64,000 bases of DNA, taken from the NCBI GenBank assembly GCA_026005055.1, contig BPKI01000001.1, forward strand, positions 1,939,290 to 2,003,289, written 5' to 3'. Position 1 is the stretch's first letter; the number at the start of each line of letters is the position of its first letter. The notes beneath the pieces are model-generated. The model worked only from the letters and a program-made list of their open reading frames with translations. It was not told the origin of the DNA and searched no databases. The translations under genes were made by a program, and so were the position numbers. The DNA comes from Lysobacterales bacterium (GTDB taxonomy: Bacteria > Pseudomonadota > Gammaproteobacteria > Xanthomonadales > BPKI01). Below, one piece after another: positions 43,810 through 54,486 of this stretch.

Positions 43810-44837
43810 GCGGCCTGCCGCGCCTGCCTGCGGAATGGGAGCCGCAGGACGGCGTCCTTCTCGCTTGGCCGCACGAGGGCACGGACTGGGCCGAGACCCT
43901 GGAAGAGGCCGAGGCGGCCTTCGCCGAGTTGGCGCGGGCCGTGCTCGACCACCAAACTTGCGTGGTGATCGTTCCCGATACCTCCTGCGAGGCGCGGGCT
44001 CGACGGCGGATCGGCGAGGCGGGGGGCAGGCTTCGTTTCGTTCACGCCCCCTATGACGACACTTGGCTTCGCGACACCGGGCCGATCACCGTGGTGGCGG
44101 GGGAAGGCTTCCGCCTCCTCGATTTCTCCTTCACCGGCTGGGGCGGGAAATACCCTCATGCACTCGATGATCGGCTCATCGAACGGCTCTTTGAAGCCGG
44201 CGTGTTCTCCCCTCGCTGCCACCACCGGCGCGTGGACTTCGCCCTCGAGGGAGGCGCCATCGAGAGCGACGGCGCAGGCCACCTCCTCACCACCTGGACC
44301 TGCCTGAGCCGACGTCATCCTGGCCGCAGCCGAAGCGAGATCGAGCAGCGCCTCCGCGAGGAGCTCGGGGTGCGACGAATACTCTGGCTCGAGCACGGTG
44401 CGCTCGCCGGGGATGACACTGATGCCCATATCGACACCCTCGCCCGCTTCGCGGCTTCGGACACGATCCTCTACCAATCCTGCGACGATCCCGCCGATCC
44501 GCATTTCGAGGCACTCGCCGCGATGGCGGCCGAGCTCGCTCTGCTGCGCGATGCGGAGGGTCGCCCTTTCCGTCTGTTGCCCCTGCCCTGGCCGAAGCCG
44601 GTGTATGCGCGAGACGGGCGCCGGCTGGCCGCTGGCTATGCCAACTTCCTGCTCATCAATGCGGCGGTCCTAGTCCCGGTGTTCGACGATCCCGCAGACG
44701 AGCGCGCACTAAGCACCCTCGCCGCGGCCTTCCCCGACCGGCGAGCAGTCCCCGTCCCTGCGCGCGCCTTCATCGAACAGAACGGCAGCGTGCATTGTCT
44801 CCTCATGCAGCTTCCTGCCGGAGTCCTCGCCTCGTGA
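43806..44837 (+). CDS. aguA: Agmatine deiminase
   Basis: It has LPAEWEPQDGVLLAWPH, TWLRDTGP, DTDAHIDTLARF and the C-terminal catalytic GSVHCLLMQLP motif. I chose the start at the internal ATG. Confidence 0.9.
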   Translation: MSGLPRLPAEWEPQDGVLLAWPHEGTDWAETLEEAEAAFAELARAVLDHQTCVVIVPDTSCEARARRRIGEAGGRLRFVHAPYDDTWLRDTGPITVVAGEGFRLLDFSFTGWGGKYPHALDDRLIERLFEAGVFSPRCHHRRVDFALEGGAIESDGAGHLLTTWTCLSRRHPGRSRSEIEQRLREELGVRRILWLEHGALAGDDTDAHIDTLARFAASDTILYQSCDDPADPHFEALAAMAAELALLRDAEGRPFRLLPLPWPKPVYARDGRRLAAGYANFLLINAAVLVPVFDDPADERALSTLAAAFPDRRAVPVPARAFIEQNGSVHCLLMQLPAGVLAS

Positions 44838-45721
44838 TCCCTCGCTTCCTCGCCGCCATCATCCAGGAACGCGACCACGGCAGCCCCGAGGCCAATCGCG
44901 CCGCGATTGCCGAAAGGCTGCGGGAGGCCGCGGCCCGCGGTGCGCGCCTGGCGCTGCTGATGGAGCTGCACAACGGGCCCTACTTCTGCCAAACGCAATC
45001 GCTCGAAGCCTTCGAGCGCGCCGAGCCGATCCCCGGACCGAGCACCGATTTCCTCGGGGCGCTGGCGGCCGAGCTGGGCCTGGTCGTGGTCGGATCGCTG
45101 TTCGAGCGTCGAGCGCCGGGCCTCTACCACAACACCGCCGTGGTCCTCGACGCCGACGGACGGCTCGCCGGCATCTACCGCAAGATGCACATTCCGCAAG
45201 ATCCGGGCTTCGAGGAGAAGTTCTACTTCACTCCCGGTGACCTCGGCTTTCGTCCGATCCCGACCGCCGTCGGCAAGCTCGGGGTGCTCGTCTGCTGGGA
45301 CCAGTGGTTTCCCGAGGCCGCCCGCCTGATGGCGATCGCCGGCGCCGAGCTCCTGCTTTATCCCACCGCCATCGGCTGGGACCCACGCGATCCCGAAGAC
45401 GAACGCGAGCGACAGCGCGAGGCGTGGATGCTCGTGCAGCGGGGCCACGCGGTGGCCAACGCCCTGCCGGTTCTCGTGTGCAACCGCGTCGGACTGGAGC
45501 TTTCCTCGGGCGGGGGGGCGGGCATCCGCTTCTGGGGATCGAGTTTCGCGGTCGGTCCGCAAGGCGAGTGGCTCGCACGCGCCGGAGAAACCGAACCCGA
45601 AATCCTTCTCGTGGAGATCGACAAGACCCGTACCGAAGCGGTGCGTCGAATCTGGCCTTTCCTCCGCGACCGCCGGATCGAGTGCTACGAAGCGCTTCTC
45701 AAGCGCTGGAACGAGGGCTGA
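44834..45721 (+). CDS. aguB: N-carbamoylputrescine amidase (nitrilase superfamily)
   Basis: It has the CN-hydrolase catalytic motifs (ELHNGPYF, YRKMHIP, VLVCWDQWFPE). The GTG start overlaps the aguA stop (GTGA). Confidence 0.9.
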   Translation: MIPRFLAAIIQERDHGSPEANRAAIAERLREAAARGARLALLMELHNGPYFCQTQSLEAFERAEPIPGPSTDFLGALAAELGLVVVGSLFERRAPGLYHNTAVVLDADGRLAGIYRKMHIPQDPGFEEKFYFTPGDLGFRPIPTAVGKLGVLVCWDQWFPEAARLMAIAGAELLLYPTAIGWDPRDPEDERERQREAWMLVQRGHAVANALPVLVCNRVGLELSSGGGAGIRFWGSSFAVGPQGEWLARAGETEPEILLVEIDKTRTEAVRRIWPFLRDRRIECYEALLKRWNEG

Positions 45722-45805
45722 GACCGCTGTACCGGCGCAAGCCGATGGTCTATTTTGGTCGATCGAGGATCCCTCCCGCATCGCCACGGTTCGGAGCCAC
45801 CACCC

Positions 45806-48229
45806 ATGCCCCTGAAGCGCATCCTCTTCGGTCCGGATTGGCGCAGCAGGGATCCGGAGCGCAGGGCGCGCGCTGTCGCCCAGTCCGCCGACCCCGAGCT
45901 CGAGCGCGAGCTACCCCGAATCGCCCGCGAGGACGCGGAGGAGCGGGTGCGGCTGGCGGCGCTCAAGCGGCTCGATGATCCGCGTCGTTATCTGGAGGCG
46001 GCGCGCTCGGATCCCTCGCCGGAGCTCCGCCGCGAGGCCCATTCCCTGGCCATGCGCCAAATCGCCGGCGAGCGCCCTTGCGCGCTCTCGGAAACCCAGC
46101 TCGCCCTGCTCGCGAGCGAGCTTCTCGACCCGGCCGAGAGCGAATCGCTGATCAAACGGGCACGCTCCGTCGAGGTCCGACGCGCCCTTCTGGGCCGGAT
46201 CCACCGCCTGAGCGTGTTGGTCGAGACGAGTCTCGGCGATCCCGATCCAGAGCTTCGCCGCATGGCGCTGGAGCGGATCGAGGATCCGGGAGCGCTCGAG
46301 CGGGTCGCCCGCCGCGCCCGGGGCAAGGACAAGAGGATCGAACGCCTGGCCGAAGAACGCCTCGCAGCGCTGCGCGCGAACAGCGCGGCCGATCTCGTCG
46401 CTTCCGCCGAGGCGCTTTGCCGCGAGGCCGATGCCGCCCTGCGTGATCCGCCGAGCGACCCACGCGCTGTTCTCGAGCGGCTTCGCGAGGCCCGCGCCCG
46501 TCTCGCTCTTCCGGAAACCGACCCTCGGATGATGCGCCTGAGCCATGCGCTCGCCATCCTCGAGGGATTCAGCAAGCGTCGCGAGGCCGCGAGCGAGGCG
46601 GAAAGCCCCGTCGCACCGGAAGCGGAGGCCGCCCCTCTGGCATCGTCCGAGGCGGAGGCGGAGGCGGAAGCCGAACCGCCTTCGACGGTGCCCCTCGGCT
46701 CCGAACCGCAGACCGCGTCTTTGCCGAACGAAGACGCTCCCGGCACCGTCGGCGCGAGCGAGGCGCCCGAGTCACCCCCCACTCCCCAACGCGATCCCGA
46801 ACCGCGAGCCCTCCTCGAGGCGCTCGCCGAGGCGCTGGAGGCGGGCGAGATCGCGCGGGCCGAACAGCTGGCCGCGACCCTGCGCGGCCTGAGCCTGGCA
46901 GGGCGCGCGAGCGAACGGCTCAAAGCCCTTTCCCGCAAGCTCGGCGAGCTTCGACGGTGGAAGTCCTGGACCCTGCGCGAACACCGAGAGCGACTGCTCC
47001 AGGAGATGGCAGCCTTGGGCGGCGTCGGGCTTCACCCCGACGCTCTCGCCCAGCGCGTCCGTGAGTTGAGAGCCCAATGGGAGGAGCTCCACCGAGAGAT
47101 GCCGGCACCGCCGGCGCTCGAGGGCCGTTTCCACGCTCTGGCACGAGCCGTGCTCGCGCCCGCTCGCGCCTTCTTCCGTCGCCGCGACGAACTCAGGGCT
47201 CGCCGCCGTCGCGAGATCGAGGCCTTGTTCGCCAGCGCCGAGGCTACCCTCGATTCTTCCCGCGCCGAGGATGGCGCGCCGGGGCGTCAGACCGCGGTCG
47301 CGCTCGCGGCCTTGCGTCGCCGGCTCGCGGCAGCGGGAAGAGAGCTCCGGGACCTCGCCGCCCAAGATCGCGCGCGCCTCGGCGAGCGCCTCCGCCGGCT
47401 GCTCGTTGCGCTCGACGAACGACGGAGGCTCCACGCCGAGAAGACGCTGCAAGCCAAGCGCGCCCTCCTGGAACGATTGGAACAGTCGGCCGGGCTTCCT
47501 CCCGAACGCGCCCTGCGCGATCTCGAGCGGATCGAATCCGAGTGGCGGCGGCTCGGTCGCGCCCTTCCTGCGCAGGAGGCCGAGCTACGGGAGCGCTTCG
47601 CCGCACTCGCGCTCAGCATCCGTGAAGCTCACCGTGAAAGCCAGCTCTCCGCCCAGCGCGCCGAAGCCGAACGCTCTGCCCAAGCGGAGGCCCTGCTCGG
47701 CCGCATCGAAGCGCTCGCCGAGCCGAGTCTCGGCGAAATCGAGCGCCTGGCCCAAGCCTTCCGCAGCCTGCGGCCCCTGCCTGCCGAGCTCCATCGGGCC
47801 CTGGCGGAGGCGATCGAGCAAGCGCGACGCCGCGCGCAAGCCGCGAACCGACGGCGCGTCGCCACCGAGTTGAGAGCGCTGCTCACGCCGAGCGCAGGCG
47901 CCGGCGACTTCCAGGGCGATGCGATCGCCGGAGCCAGACGCTGCTGCATCGCACTCGAGGAGCTGGCGGGCATTCCGCCCCGGCCGGAAGACGCCGAGCT
48001 GCGCCTGCGCCTGCAGATGGAACGGTTGGCCGCACGGCTCGGACAAGGGCAGGACGACGACCTCGCCGCGGCGCGCGCCTGGCTCGGCGACTGGCAGAGG
48101 CTGGCCCACGCCCTCCCCGATCCGGAACCCTACGCGGCCCGGCTGGAACGGGCGATCGAGGCCCTCGCCGCGCGGCTTCACCCCGATCCGCCGCGCCGCG
48201 AGGCCGCCTCAGGCGATCCGCCGGGCTGA
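45806..48229 (+). CDS. DUF349 domain protein (Arg/Glu/Ala-rich, coiled-coil repeats)
   Basis: It has the N-terminal motif FGPDWRSRDPERRARAV and repeated W(R/K)xxG-type helical repeats (RRWKSW, ESEWRRLG) typical of DUF349. Composition is strongly biased. Confidence 0.75.
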   Translation: MPLKRILFGPDWRSRDPERRARAVAQSADPELERELPRIAREDAEERVRLAALKRLDDPRRYLEAARSDPSPELRREAHSLAMRQIAGERPCALSETQLALLASELLDPAESESLIKRARSVEVRRALLGRIHRLSVLVETSLGDPDPELRRMALERIEDPGALERVARRARGKDKRIERLAEERLAALRANSAADLVASAEALCREADAALRDPPSDPRAVLERLREARARLALPETDPRMMRLSHALAILEGFSKRREAASEAESPVAPEAEAAPLASSEAEAEAEAEPPSTVPLGSEPQTASLPNEDAPGTVGASEAPESPPTPQRDPEPRALLEALAEALEAGEIARAEQLAATLRGLSLAGRASERLKALSRKLGELRRWKSWTLREHRERLLQEMAALGGVGLHPDALAQRVRELRAQWEELHREMPAPPALEGRFHALARAVLAPARAFFRRRDELRARRRREIEALFASAEATLDSSRAEDGAPGRQTAVALAALRRRLAAAGRELRDLAAQDRARLGERLRRLLVALDERRRLHAEKTLQAKRALLERLEQSAGLPPERALRDLERIESEWRRLGRALPAQEAELRERFAALALSIREAHRESQLSAQRAEAERSAQAEALLGRIEALAEPSLGEIERLAQAFRSLRPLPAELHRALAEAIEQARRRAQAANRRRVATELRALLTPSAGAGDFQGDAIAGARRCCIALEELAGIPPRPEDAELRLRLQMERLAARLGQGQDDDLAAARAWLGDWQRLAHALPDPEPYAARLERAIEALAARLHPDPPRREAASGDPPG

Positions 48230-51200
48230 GCGGCGCCGTGCCACAGGCGCGCCCAGAAGCGCCGCGAGGCCAAGGCACGGTCGTCGATCCACTCGTAGAG
48301 CAGGGGCATGAGCAGCAGGGTGATGAGCGTGGAGAAGAGCAGCCCGCCGATGATCGCCCGCGCCATTGGGAAATAAGGCGGCCCCTCGCCGCCGATCTGG
48401 GCCTGACCGAAGGCCAGCGGAAGCATGCCGAGGACGGTGGTGGCCACGGTCATCAGGATCGGGCGCAGCCGTTCCCTCGCACCCTGGATCAGCGCCTCGC
48501 GGCGTCCGAGTCCCTGGCGGCGCAGCGCATTGACGTGCTCCACCAGCACGATGCCGTTGTTGACCACCACCCCGATCAGAATCAGCACCCCGATCCAGGC
48601 CATCAGCGAGAAAGTCGTTCCGGTGATCCAGAAGAACCAATAAACACCGAAGATGGCGAAGACGATGCTGCTCGCGATGACCAGAGGATGGGCGAGGGAC
48701 TCGAACAGCGCCGCCATCACGATGTAAACCAGCGCGATCGCGACCAGGGTATTGAACAGCATCCGCTTTCCGGCCTCGTCGGACTGCATGAAGGCCCCGC
48801 CTAAGGACCAGCGGAATCCCTCCGGCAGGGCAACCCCGCGCAAAGCCGCCTCGATCGCCTGCCGCACCTGCGATGCTCGAGCCTCCGCTTCGAGCTCTAG
48901 CTCGAGGGTGACCGCGCTCTCCCTGTTCACGCGACTGATGCTCGGACGAGCCTGCTCGCGCTCGATCGCGACCACGGCGAGGAGCGGGACATCCTCTCCG
49001 CGTCGGTTGCGCAGGCTGAGTCCGGCAAGCCGGTCGCGATCGATGCGCTCGCTGTCGCGGAAACGCAGCCAAACCGGCAACTCGCCCTCCTCTCCGCGAT
49101 ATTCCCGCAGGGGAATGCCGCGCAGGGCGATGCCCAGATACCGGGCGACCTCTTCGGCGGAAAAGCCGTAGCGGAGGGCGCGCTCGCGGTCCACGCGGAC
49201 GGTCAGCTCGCGCGGTGCCCCGGATGAATCGCGCCTGACCCTCGCCACGCCTGGAATCTCGGCGAGCAGAGAGGCCAACACCTGCTCCACATCCGGCAAG
49301 CGGGCGCTATCGGGGCCTGAGATCACGACCCTGAGCCCCTCACGCGCACCGACGAAACCTTGACGGAAGCCTACGATACCGACCGGCACGGGCGGCAGCT
49401 CCCGTCGGATCTCGTCCATGATCGCCTGGCTTCGCCAACGTTGCTCGGGGCGCACCCGGAACTGAGTGAAGGCCATCCCCTGCTCGTTGAAGTAGCTGTA
49501 GATCTGGTCGATCCCGAAACGCTCGCGGTTGCGGTCGAGGAAACGCTCGATGCGTTCGATCGACTCCCTGAGCTCATCGAGCTGGTAGTTCGCGTTGAGC
49601 GTGAGATTGAGACGCAGGACCTCCTGCTGCTCCGGCGGAAAGAGATCGACCTTGGTCGAACGGACCGGTACCAACAGACTGAGCAGCACGATCCCCGATA
49701 GCGCCAGGAAGCTCGTCTTGCGTCGCCTCAAGATGGCCTCGAGCCAACGCGAATAGCGCTCGCCCAAGGCGGAGAACGAGCGTCCGTATCCACTCGCGGG
49801 CGCATGGATCCTGGCGGCGAGCATCGGGATCAGCGTCACCGCGACCACCCAGGAGGCGAGCAGGGTGACGCCGATGGCCGTCGCCACCTGCGCGAGATAG
49901 ACGGTGATGAAGTTCTTCTCCCCGAAGATGTTCGGCGCGAAGACGATGACGCTGGTGAGCGTGCCCGCGCTCAGCGCCAGCGCCACGCCTTCGGTCCCCG
50001 CGAGGGCCGCCTGCTCCGGCCGGTGCGGCCAGCGCTCGCGCAGCCGGGCGATGTTCTCGCTCACCACCACCGCGTTGTCGACCAACAATCCGATGGCCAG
50101 GAGCAGGCCCATCAGGGTGAGGACGTTGAGCGACATGCCGAGGAAATAGAAGGCGGCCAGCGCCACGGTCAGACATACCGGAATCGAGAGCGCCACCATC
50201 AGGGTCGGGGCCCAGTGCCCGAGAAACAGGAAGAGGACGCCCACCGCGAGCACGAGCCCGACCAATCCGGCCGATGTCAGATCGGCGAGCGAGCTCGTGA
50301 TGCCGGTCGCTTGGTCGTCGAAGACGATGAGCTCGATGCCGGCGAAGGAAGGGGAGGCGCCGATGCGCTCGACCTCGGCCAGGGCTCGCCGCCCCACCTC
50401 GACTACGTTCGCGTCGCTTTGCTTGTAGACCTCGACCCCCACCGCGTAACGCCCCTCCAGGCGACGCTCGTAGTCGCGCCGCCGCGGTGCGATCCGCACC
50501 TCGGCGATGTCGGAGAGCCTCAGGCCGCGGGCGTCCAGGGGCAGATCGCGCAAGGCCTGGAGCGAGCGCAGCTCGCCCCGAGGCTGCACCGCGAGCCGGC
50601 GATGACCGTCTTCGATCATCCCGCCGGCGACGGCGAAGTTGGCCTGCGCCAGGCGTTCGGCGAGCGCATTGAGCGCGATACCATGGGCGGCGAGCCGCTC
50701 GGGGATGACTTCGATCAAGACCTCCCGCGGTTCGACGCCCTGAAGCTCCACCCGCGCCACCCCCGGGATGCGCTCGAGCGGCCGCTTGAGCTCGCGCTCG
50801 AGCAGCTCGTAGGCGCCATCCAGGTCTCGCTGGCCGGAGATACGCACGTTGAGGATCGGCGCATCCCCGCTGTTCCAACGGAAGATGTTGATTCTTCTCA
50901 CGTCTTCCGGAAGCTCGCCGCGGACGGCATCGAGCCGGTCACGCGCCTCGACCGCGCGCACGGCGATGTCCTCGCCAAATCGGAACAGCACGAAGACATT
51001 CGCTCCCTCGGAGGTGGACTGTGAGCGGATCTCCTCCACGCCCCTGAGGGAGGCGATCGCTTCCTCGATCGGGCGCGTGATGCGCTGTTCGACCTCCTCG
51101 GGCGTGGCGCCGGGATAGGGCACCTGAATGAAGAGGAATGGCGCGGCGATCGCGGGAAAATACTCCAGCGGAAGCCTGAAAGCCGCGATCATCCCGACCA

Positions 51201-51267
51201 CGAGCAGCGAGACGTAAGCCATCGCCGTGGCCACCGGTCGCCGCACCGCGAGCGAGGCGGGATTCAT
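48178..51267 (-). CDS. RND efflux pump, inner-membrane permease (AcrB/MdtC-like)
   Basis: It is 1029 aa with 12-TM RND topology and an N-terminus of the form RRPVATAMAYVSLLVVGMIAAFRLPLEYFPAI...PGATPEEVE. It is translationally coupled to the upstream pump gene. Confidence 0.93.
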   Translation of the reverse strand: MNPASLAVRRPVATAMAYVSLLVVGMIAAFRLPLEYFPAIAAPFLFIQVPYPGATPEEVEQRITRPIEEAIASLRGVEEIRSQSTSEGANVFVLFRFGEDIAVRAVEARDRLDAVRGELPEDVRRINIFRWNSGDAPILNVRISGQRDLDGAYELLERELKRPLERIPGVARVELQGVEPREVLIEVIPERLAAHGIALNALAERLAQANFAVAGGMIEDGHRRLAVQPRGELRSLQALRDLPLDARGLRLSDIAEVRIAPRRRDYERRLEGRYAVGVEVYKQSDANVVEVGRRALAEVERIGASPSFAGIELIVFDDQATGITSSLADLTSAGLVGLVLAVGVLFLFLGHWAPTLMVALSIPVCLTVALAAFYFLGMSLNVLTLMGLLLAIGLLVDNAVVVSENIARLRERWPHRPEQAALAGTEGVALALSAGTLTSVIVFAPNIFGEKNFITVYLAQVATAIGVTLLASWVVAVTLIPMLAARIHAPASGYGRSFSALGERYSRWLEAILRRRKTSFLALSGIVLLSLLVPVRSTKVDLFPPEQQEVLRLNLTLNANYQLDELRESIERIERFLDRNRERFGIDQIYSYFNEQGMAFTQFRVRPEQRWRSQAIMDEIRRELPPVPVGIVGFRQGFVGAREGLRVVISGPDSARLPDVEQVLASLLAEIPGVARVRRDSSGAPRELTVRVDRERALRYGFSAEEVARYLGIALRGIPLREYRGEEGELPVWLRFRDSERIDRDRLAGLSLRNRRGEDVPLLAVVAIEREQARPSISRVNRESAVTLELELEAEARASQVRQAIEAALRGVALPEGFRWSLGGAFMQSDEAGKRMLFNTLVAIALVYIVMAALFESLAHPLVIASSIVFAIFGVYWFFWITGTTFSLMAWIGVLILIGVVVNNGIVLVEHVNALRRQGLGRREALIQGARERLRPILMTVATTVLGMLPLAFGQAQIGGEGPPYFPMARAIIGGLLFSTLITLLLMPLLYEWIDDRALASRRFWARLWHGAAQPGGSPEAASRRGGSG

Positions 51268-54200
51268 GCGCTCGGCTCCGGTCGAACCCTCAGCCTGGCG
51301 AAGGCCGCATCATGCTTGCGATCGAGCGCCTCGTAGAGCGCCGGGATCACGAACAGGGTGAGCAGCGTCCCCACCGACAAGCCACCGACCACAGCGATGG
51401 CGAGCGGGCGTCGGAGCTCGGCCCCCTCCCCCCCGGCCAGGGCCATCGGCAAGAAACCGATCACGGTGGTGAGCGTCGTCATCAGGATCGGCCGCAATCG
51501 CTCCTCGGCCGCCTCGAGGATCGCCGCACGCCGCGGACGCCCCTCGATCCTGAGCTGGTTGATGCGGTCGATCAGCACGATCGCATTGTTGACCACGATC
51601 CCCGCGAGCAGGATCAGGCCGATCATTGCCATGGAGGACATCGGCAACCCGGTCACCAACAGAGAGAGGACCACGCCGATCACTGCCAGCGGTACGGTGA
51701 GAAGGATCACGAAGGGGTGAAGCAGCGACTCGAACTGCGCGGCCATCACCAGATATACGAGGAAGACCGCGAGCGCCAGGGTGAAGATCAGGGAGTCGCG
51801 TGAGGCGGTGAGCTCGCCGCTTTGTCCGCCCGGTCGGGCCTGCACCGCCGGCGCGAGCGGCTCGGCGATGAGCGCTTCGACCTCGGCGATCGCCGAGGCG
51901 AGGTCGCGATGCAAGTGCTGGGCGGCGACGATCGCCACCCGCTGCTGATTCACCCTCCGGATCTCGGAGGGAGCCTCGTCCACCACGATCCGCGCGACGG
52001 ATGCGAGTCGCACCGGCCGCCCGCTCTGCGGATTGACGAGCAGCTCGGTCAAATCCTCCACCGAGCGGCGGCGCTCGGGAGGAAGGCGGACCACGATATC
52101 GATGCGCCGATCCTCGCTGCGCAGCCGGGTGGCCACCTCTCCGCGCACCGCGCGCACGATCTGGTCGGCGACTTGGCGGCTGCTGAGCCCGAGGCTCGCT
52201 AAGCGCTCGTGGTCGAACTCGATGCGCACCTCCGGCTGACCGCGCTCGATGGTCGAACGCAGGTCGGTGAATCGCCCAGTCGCCGCGAGCCTGGCCATCA
52301 GCCGCTCCGATGCGGCGCGCAAGGCGGCAGGATCATGACCCACGAGCTCGATCTCGAGGGGCCTGGCCAAGTCGATGAGCGCCGGACGCGCGAACTCCAC
52401 CTCGACACCCGGGCGCATGGCGAGCGCCTCACGAAGCCGCGCCATCGCCTCCGCCTCGCCTTGCCGGCCGGCACCCGGCTCGAGCACCACGAGCAATCTC
52501 GCCACGTTCTCCCCGGCTTCGACCGGATTGGCATCGAGCCGAGCTCCGAGCCCACTCACGCCGTAGATCGTCCTCACCGGCGGCCGACCCGCCTCCTGCC
52601 GCGCAATCTCGGCCGCGAGCGCATCCGTGCGCGCGAGCGGCGTGCCGGGGGCCAGCCGCATCGTGAGATGGAAACGGTCCTGGACGAACTGCGGCACCAG
52701 GTCGAAGCCGAGCAGCGGCACCAAGGCGAGGGCGATGAGGAAGCTCGACGCCGCGGTCGCGAGCAGCTTCGCCTTGTGCGCCAGCACCCAAGGCAGCGCG
52801 GCGAGGTAGCTCCGAGCCAGGCGCTGATAGAGCCCGGCGAAGCGCTCGCCGAGCGGATCGAGCAACCGCCCGGCCAGGTCGAGAAAGGCTCTGAACAGGA
52901 CGAGCACGAGGGCGATGAGCCGCGAGGGAAGCGCAAGCAGGCGACGAAGCCGGGTGCGAGCTGCCGACTCCTCCGGCACCAAGCCCGTCTCGCCCACCCG
53001 CTCACGCGCCGCAAGCATCGGGATCACCGCCAGAGCCACGAACAGCGATACGAGCATCGCGAAACTGACGGTGAGCGCCTGGTCGCGGAAGAGCTGTCCC
53101 GCCACGCCTTCGACGAAGACCAAGGGGAGGAAGACCGCCACCGTGGTCAGGACCGAAGCCGTGACCGCCGCCGCGACTCGGCTCGCTCCTTGCTCGGCGG
53201 CGGTGGCGGCGTCGAGACCGGGCTCCGCGCGACGGCGGGCGATGCTTTCGAGCACGACGATGGCGCCATCCACGACCATCCCGGTCGCCAGGGCCAGGCC
53301 GCCGAGGGACATCAGGTTGAGCCCGATGCCGGCCTGCTCCATCAGGAAGAAAGCGCCGAAGAGCGAAACCGGCACGCTCACGGCGATGATCGCCGTGGCA
53401 CGTCGCTCGCGCAGGAACAGCCCAACCACGGCAATCGCGAGCAAGGCCCCCATCAGCGCCGCCTGCCGCACTTCGGCCAGCGCTGCGCGGATGAAGGCCG
53501 CCTGGTCGTCGACGACCGCGAGCGCCAGCGGCTCGGGGAGCTCGCGTCGCAGCGCCTCGAGGACCGCGCTCACCGCCTGGCTGGTCGCCACCGTATTCGC
53601 ATCGCCCTCCTTGTAGATCGCGATTTCGACCGCCTCCCGACCATCGAGTCGGATGATCGCCTCGCGCTCCCGGTAGCCCCGCTCCACCCGCGCCACGTCG
53701 CCGAGCCTCAGCAATTCCGAGCCGCGGCTGCGCAAGGGCAGCGCCCGCATCTCCTCCAGACCCCGAAACTGATTGTAGGTGCGCAGGAGATAGCGCTCGG
53801 CTCCGTCGCCGAGGCGACCCGCCGCGAGGTTGACGTTCTCCGCCCGCAGCCGTTCGATGATCTCGCCGGTCGACAAGCCCACCTGAGCAAGGCGTTCGGG
53901 ATCGAAGGCGACCTCGATCTCCTCGACCAGGCCGCCGGCGACCTTCACCGCCGCCACGCCTCGCGCCGTCTCGAGCCTCCGCCTCGCGACCTCCTCGGCG
54001 AAGCGCCGCATGAACATCAGGTCGGCGACCGATGCCGCACCGGATCCCTCACGGAGCAGGGCGAGCCGCATGATCGGCTCGGTGGAGGGATCGAAGCGCA
54101 AGAGCTGCGGGCGGCCCGCCTCGGGGGGGAGGTTCAAAAGCTCGAGCTTCTCGCGAACCTCGATGCTCGCTTGGTCCATGCTCGTCCCCCAGGCGAACTC

Positions 54201-54479
54201 CAGGGTGACGTCGGACAGCCCGGCGCGAGAAACCGAGACGATCCTCCGCAGATTCTTGACCACCCCGAGCACCTCCTCGATCGGCTCGGAGACGAGCAGT
54301 TCCATCTCGGCGGGGGCTGCGCCGACGTACTCGGTGCGGACGGTGAGCGTCGGAAAGGACAGGGGCGGCAGCAGATCCACCCTCAAGTTCGATAGGCCGA
54401 TGGCCCCGAACAACAGCAGCGTGACCGCAAGCATTCCCACCGTGACCCGACGGCGGCATGCGAAAGCGGGCAGACTCAT
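51264..54479 (-). CDS. RND efflux pump, inner-membrane permease (AcrB/MdtB-like)
   Basis: It is 1071 aa with an RND signature N-terminus (LLPPLSFPTLTVRTEYVGAAPAEMELLVSEPIEE) and a duplicated 6-TM architecture. Its stop overlaps the next pump gene's start by 4 nt. Confidence 0.93.
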   Translation of the reverse strand: MSLPAFACRRRVTVGMLAVTLLLFGAIGLSNLRVDLLPPLSFPTLTVRTEYVGAAPAEMELLVSEPIEEVLGVVKNLRRIVSVSRAGLSDVTLEFAWGTSMDQASIEVREKLELLNLPPEAGRPQLLRFDPSTEPIMRLALLREGSGAASVADLMFMRRFAEEVARRRLETARGVAAVKVAGGLVEEIEVAFDPERLAQVGLSTGEIIERLRAENVNLAAGRLGDGAERYLLRTYNQFRGLEEMRALPLRSRGSELLRLGDVARVERGYREREAIIRLDGREAVEIAIYKEGDANTVATSQAVSAVLEALRRELPEPLALAVVDDQAAFIRAALAEVRQAALMGALLAIAVVGLFLRERRATAIIAVSVPVSLFGAFFLMEQAGIGLNLMSLGGLALATGMVVDGAIVVLESIARRRAEPGLDAATAAEQGASRVAAAVTASVLTTVAVFLPLVFVEGVAGQLFRDQALTVSFAMLVSLFVALAVIPMLAARERVGETGLVPEESAARTRLRRLLALPSRLIALVLVLFRAFLDLAGRLLDPLGERFAGLYQRLARSYLAALPWVLAHKAKLLATAASSFLIALALVPLLGFDLVPQFVQDRFHLTMRLAPGTPLARTDALAAEIARQEAGRPPVRTIYGVSGLGARLDANPVEAGENVARLLVVLEPGAGRQGEAEAMARLREALAMRPGVEVEFARPALIDLARPLEIELVGHDPAALRAASERLMARLAATGRFTDLRSTIERGQPEVRIEFDHERLASLGLSSRQVADQIVRAVRGEVATRLRSEDRRIDIVVRLPPERRRSVEDLTELLVNPQSGRPVRLASVARIVVDEAPSEIRRVNQQRVAIVAAQHLHRDLASAIAEVEALIAEPLAPAVQARPGGQSGELTASRDSLIFTLALAVFLVYLVMAAQFESLLHPFVILLTVPLAVIGVVLSLLVTGLPMSSMAMIGLILLAGIVVNNAIVLIDRINQLRIEGRPRRAAILEAAEERLRPILMTTLTTVIGFLPMALAGGEGAELRRPLAIAVVGGLSVGTLLTLFVIPALYEALDRKHDAAFARLRVRPEPSA

Positions 54480-54486
54480 GGCGCGC

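Noticed and set aside
46649-46675. A short tandem repeat (GAGGCG)x3-4 inside the DUF349 gene.
   Set aside because: It simply encodes an in-frame EAEAEAEAE acidic linker in a compositionally biased protein. It is not an independent repeat element.
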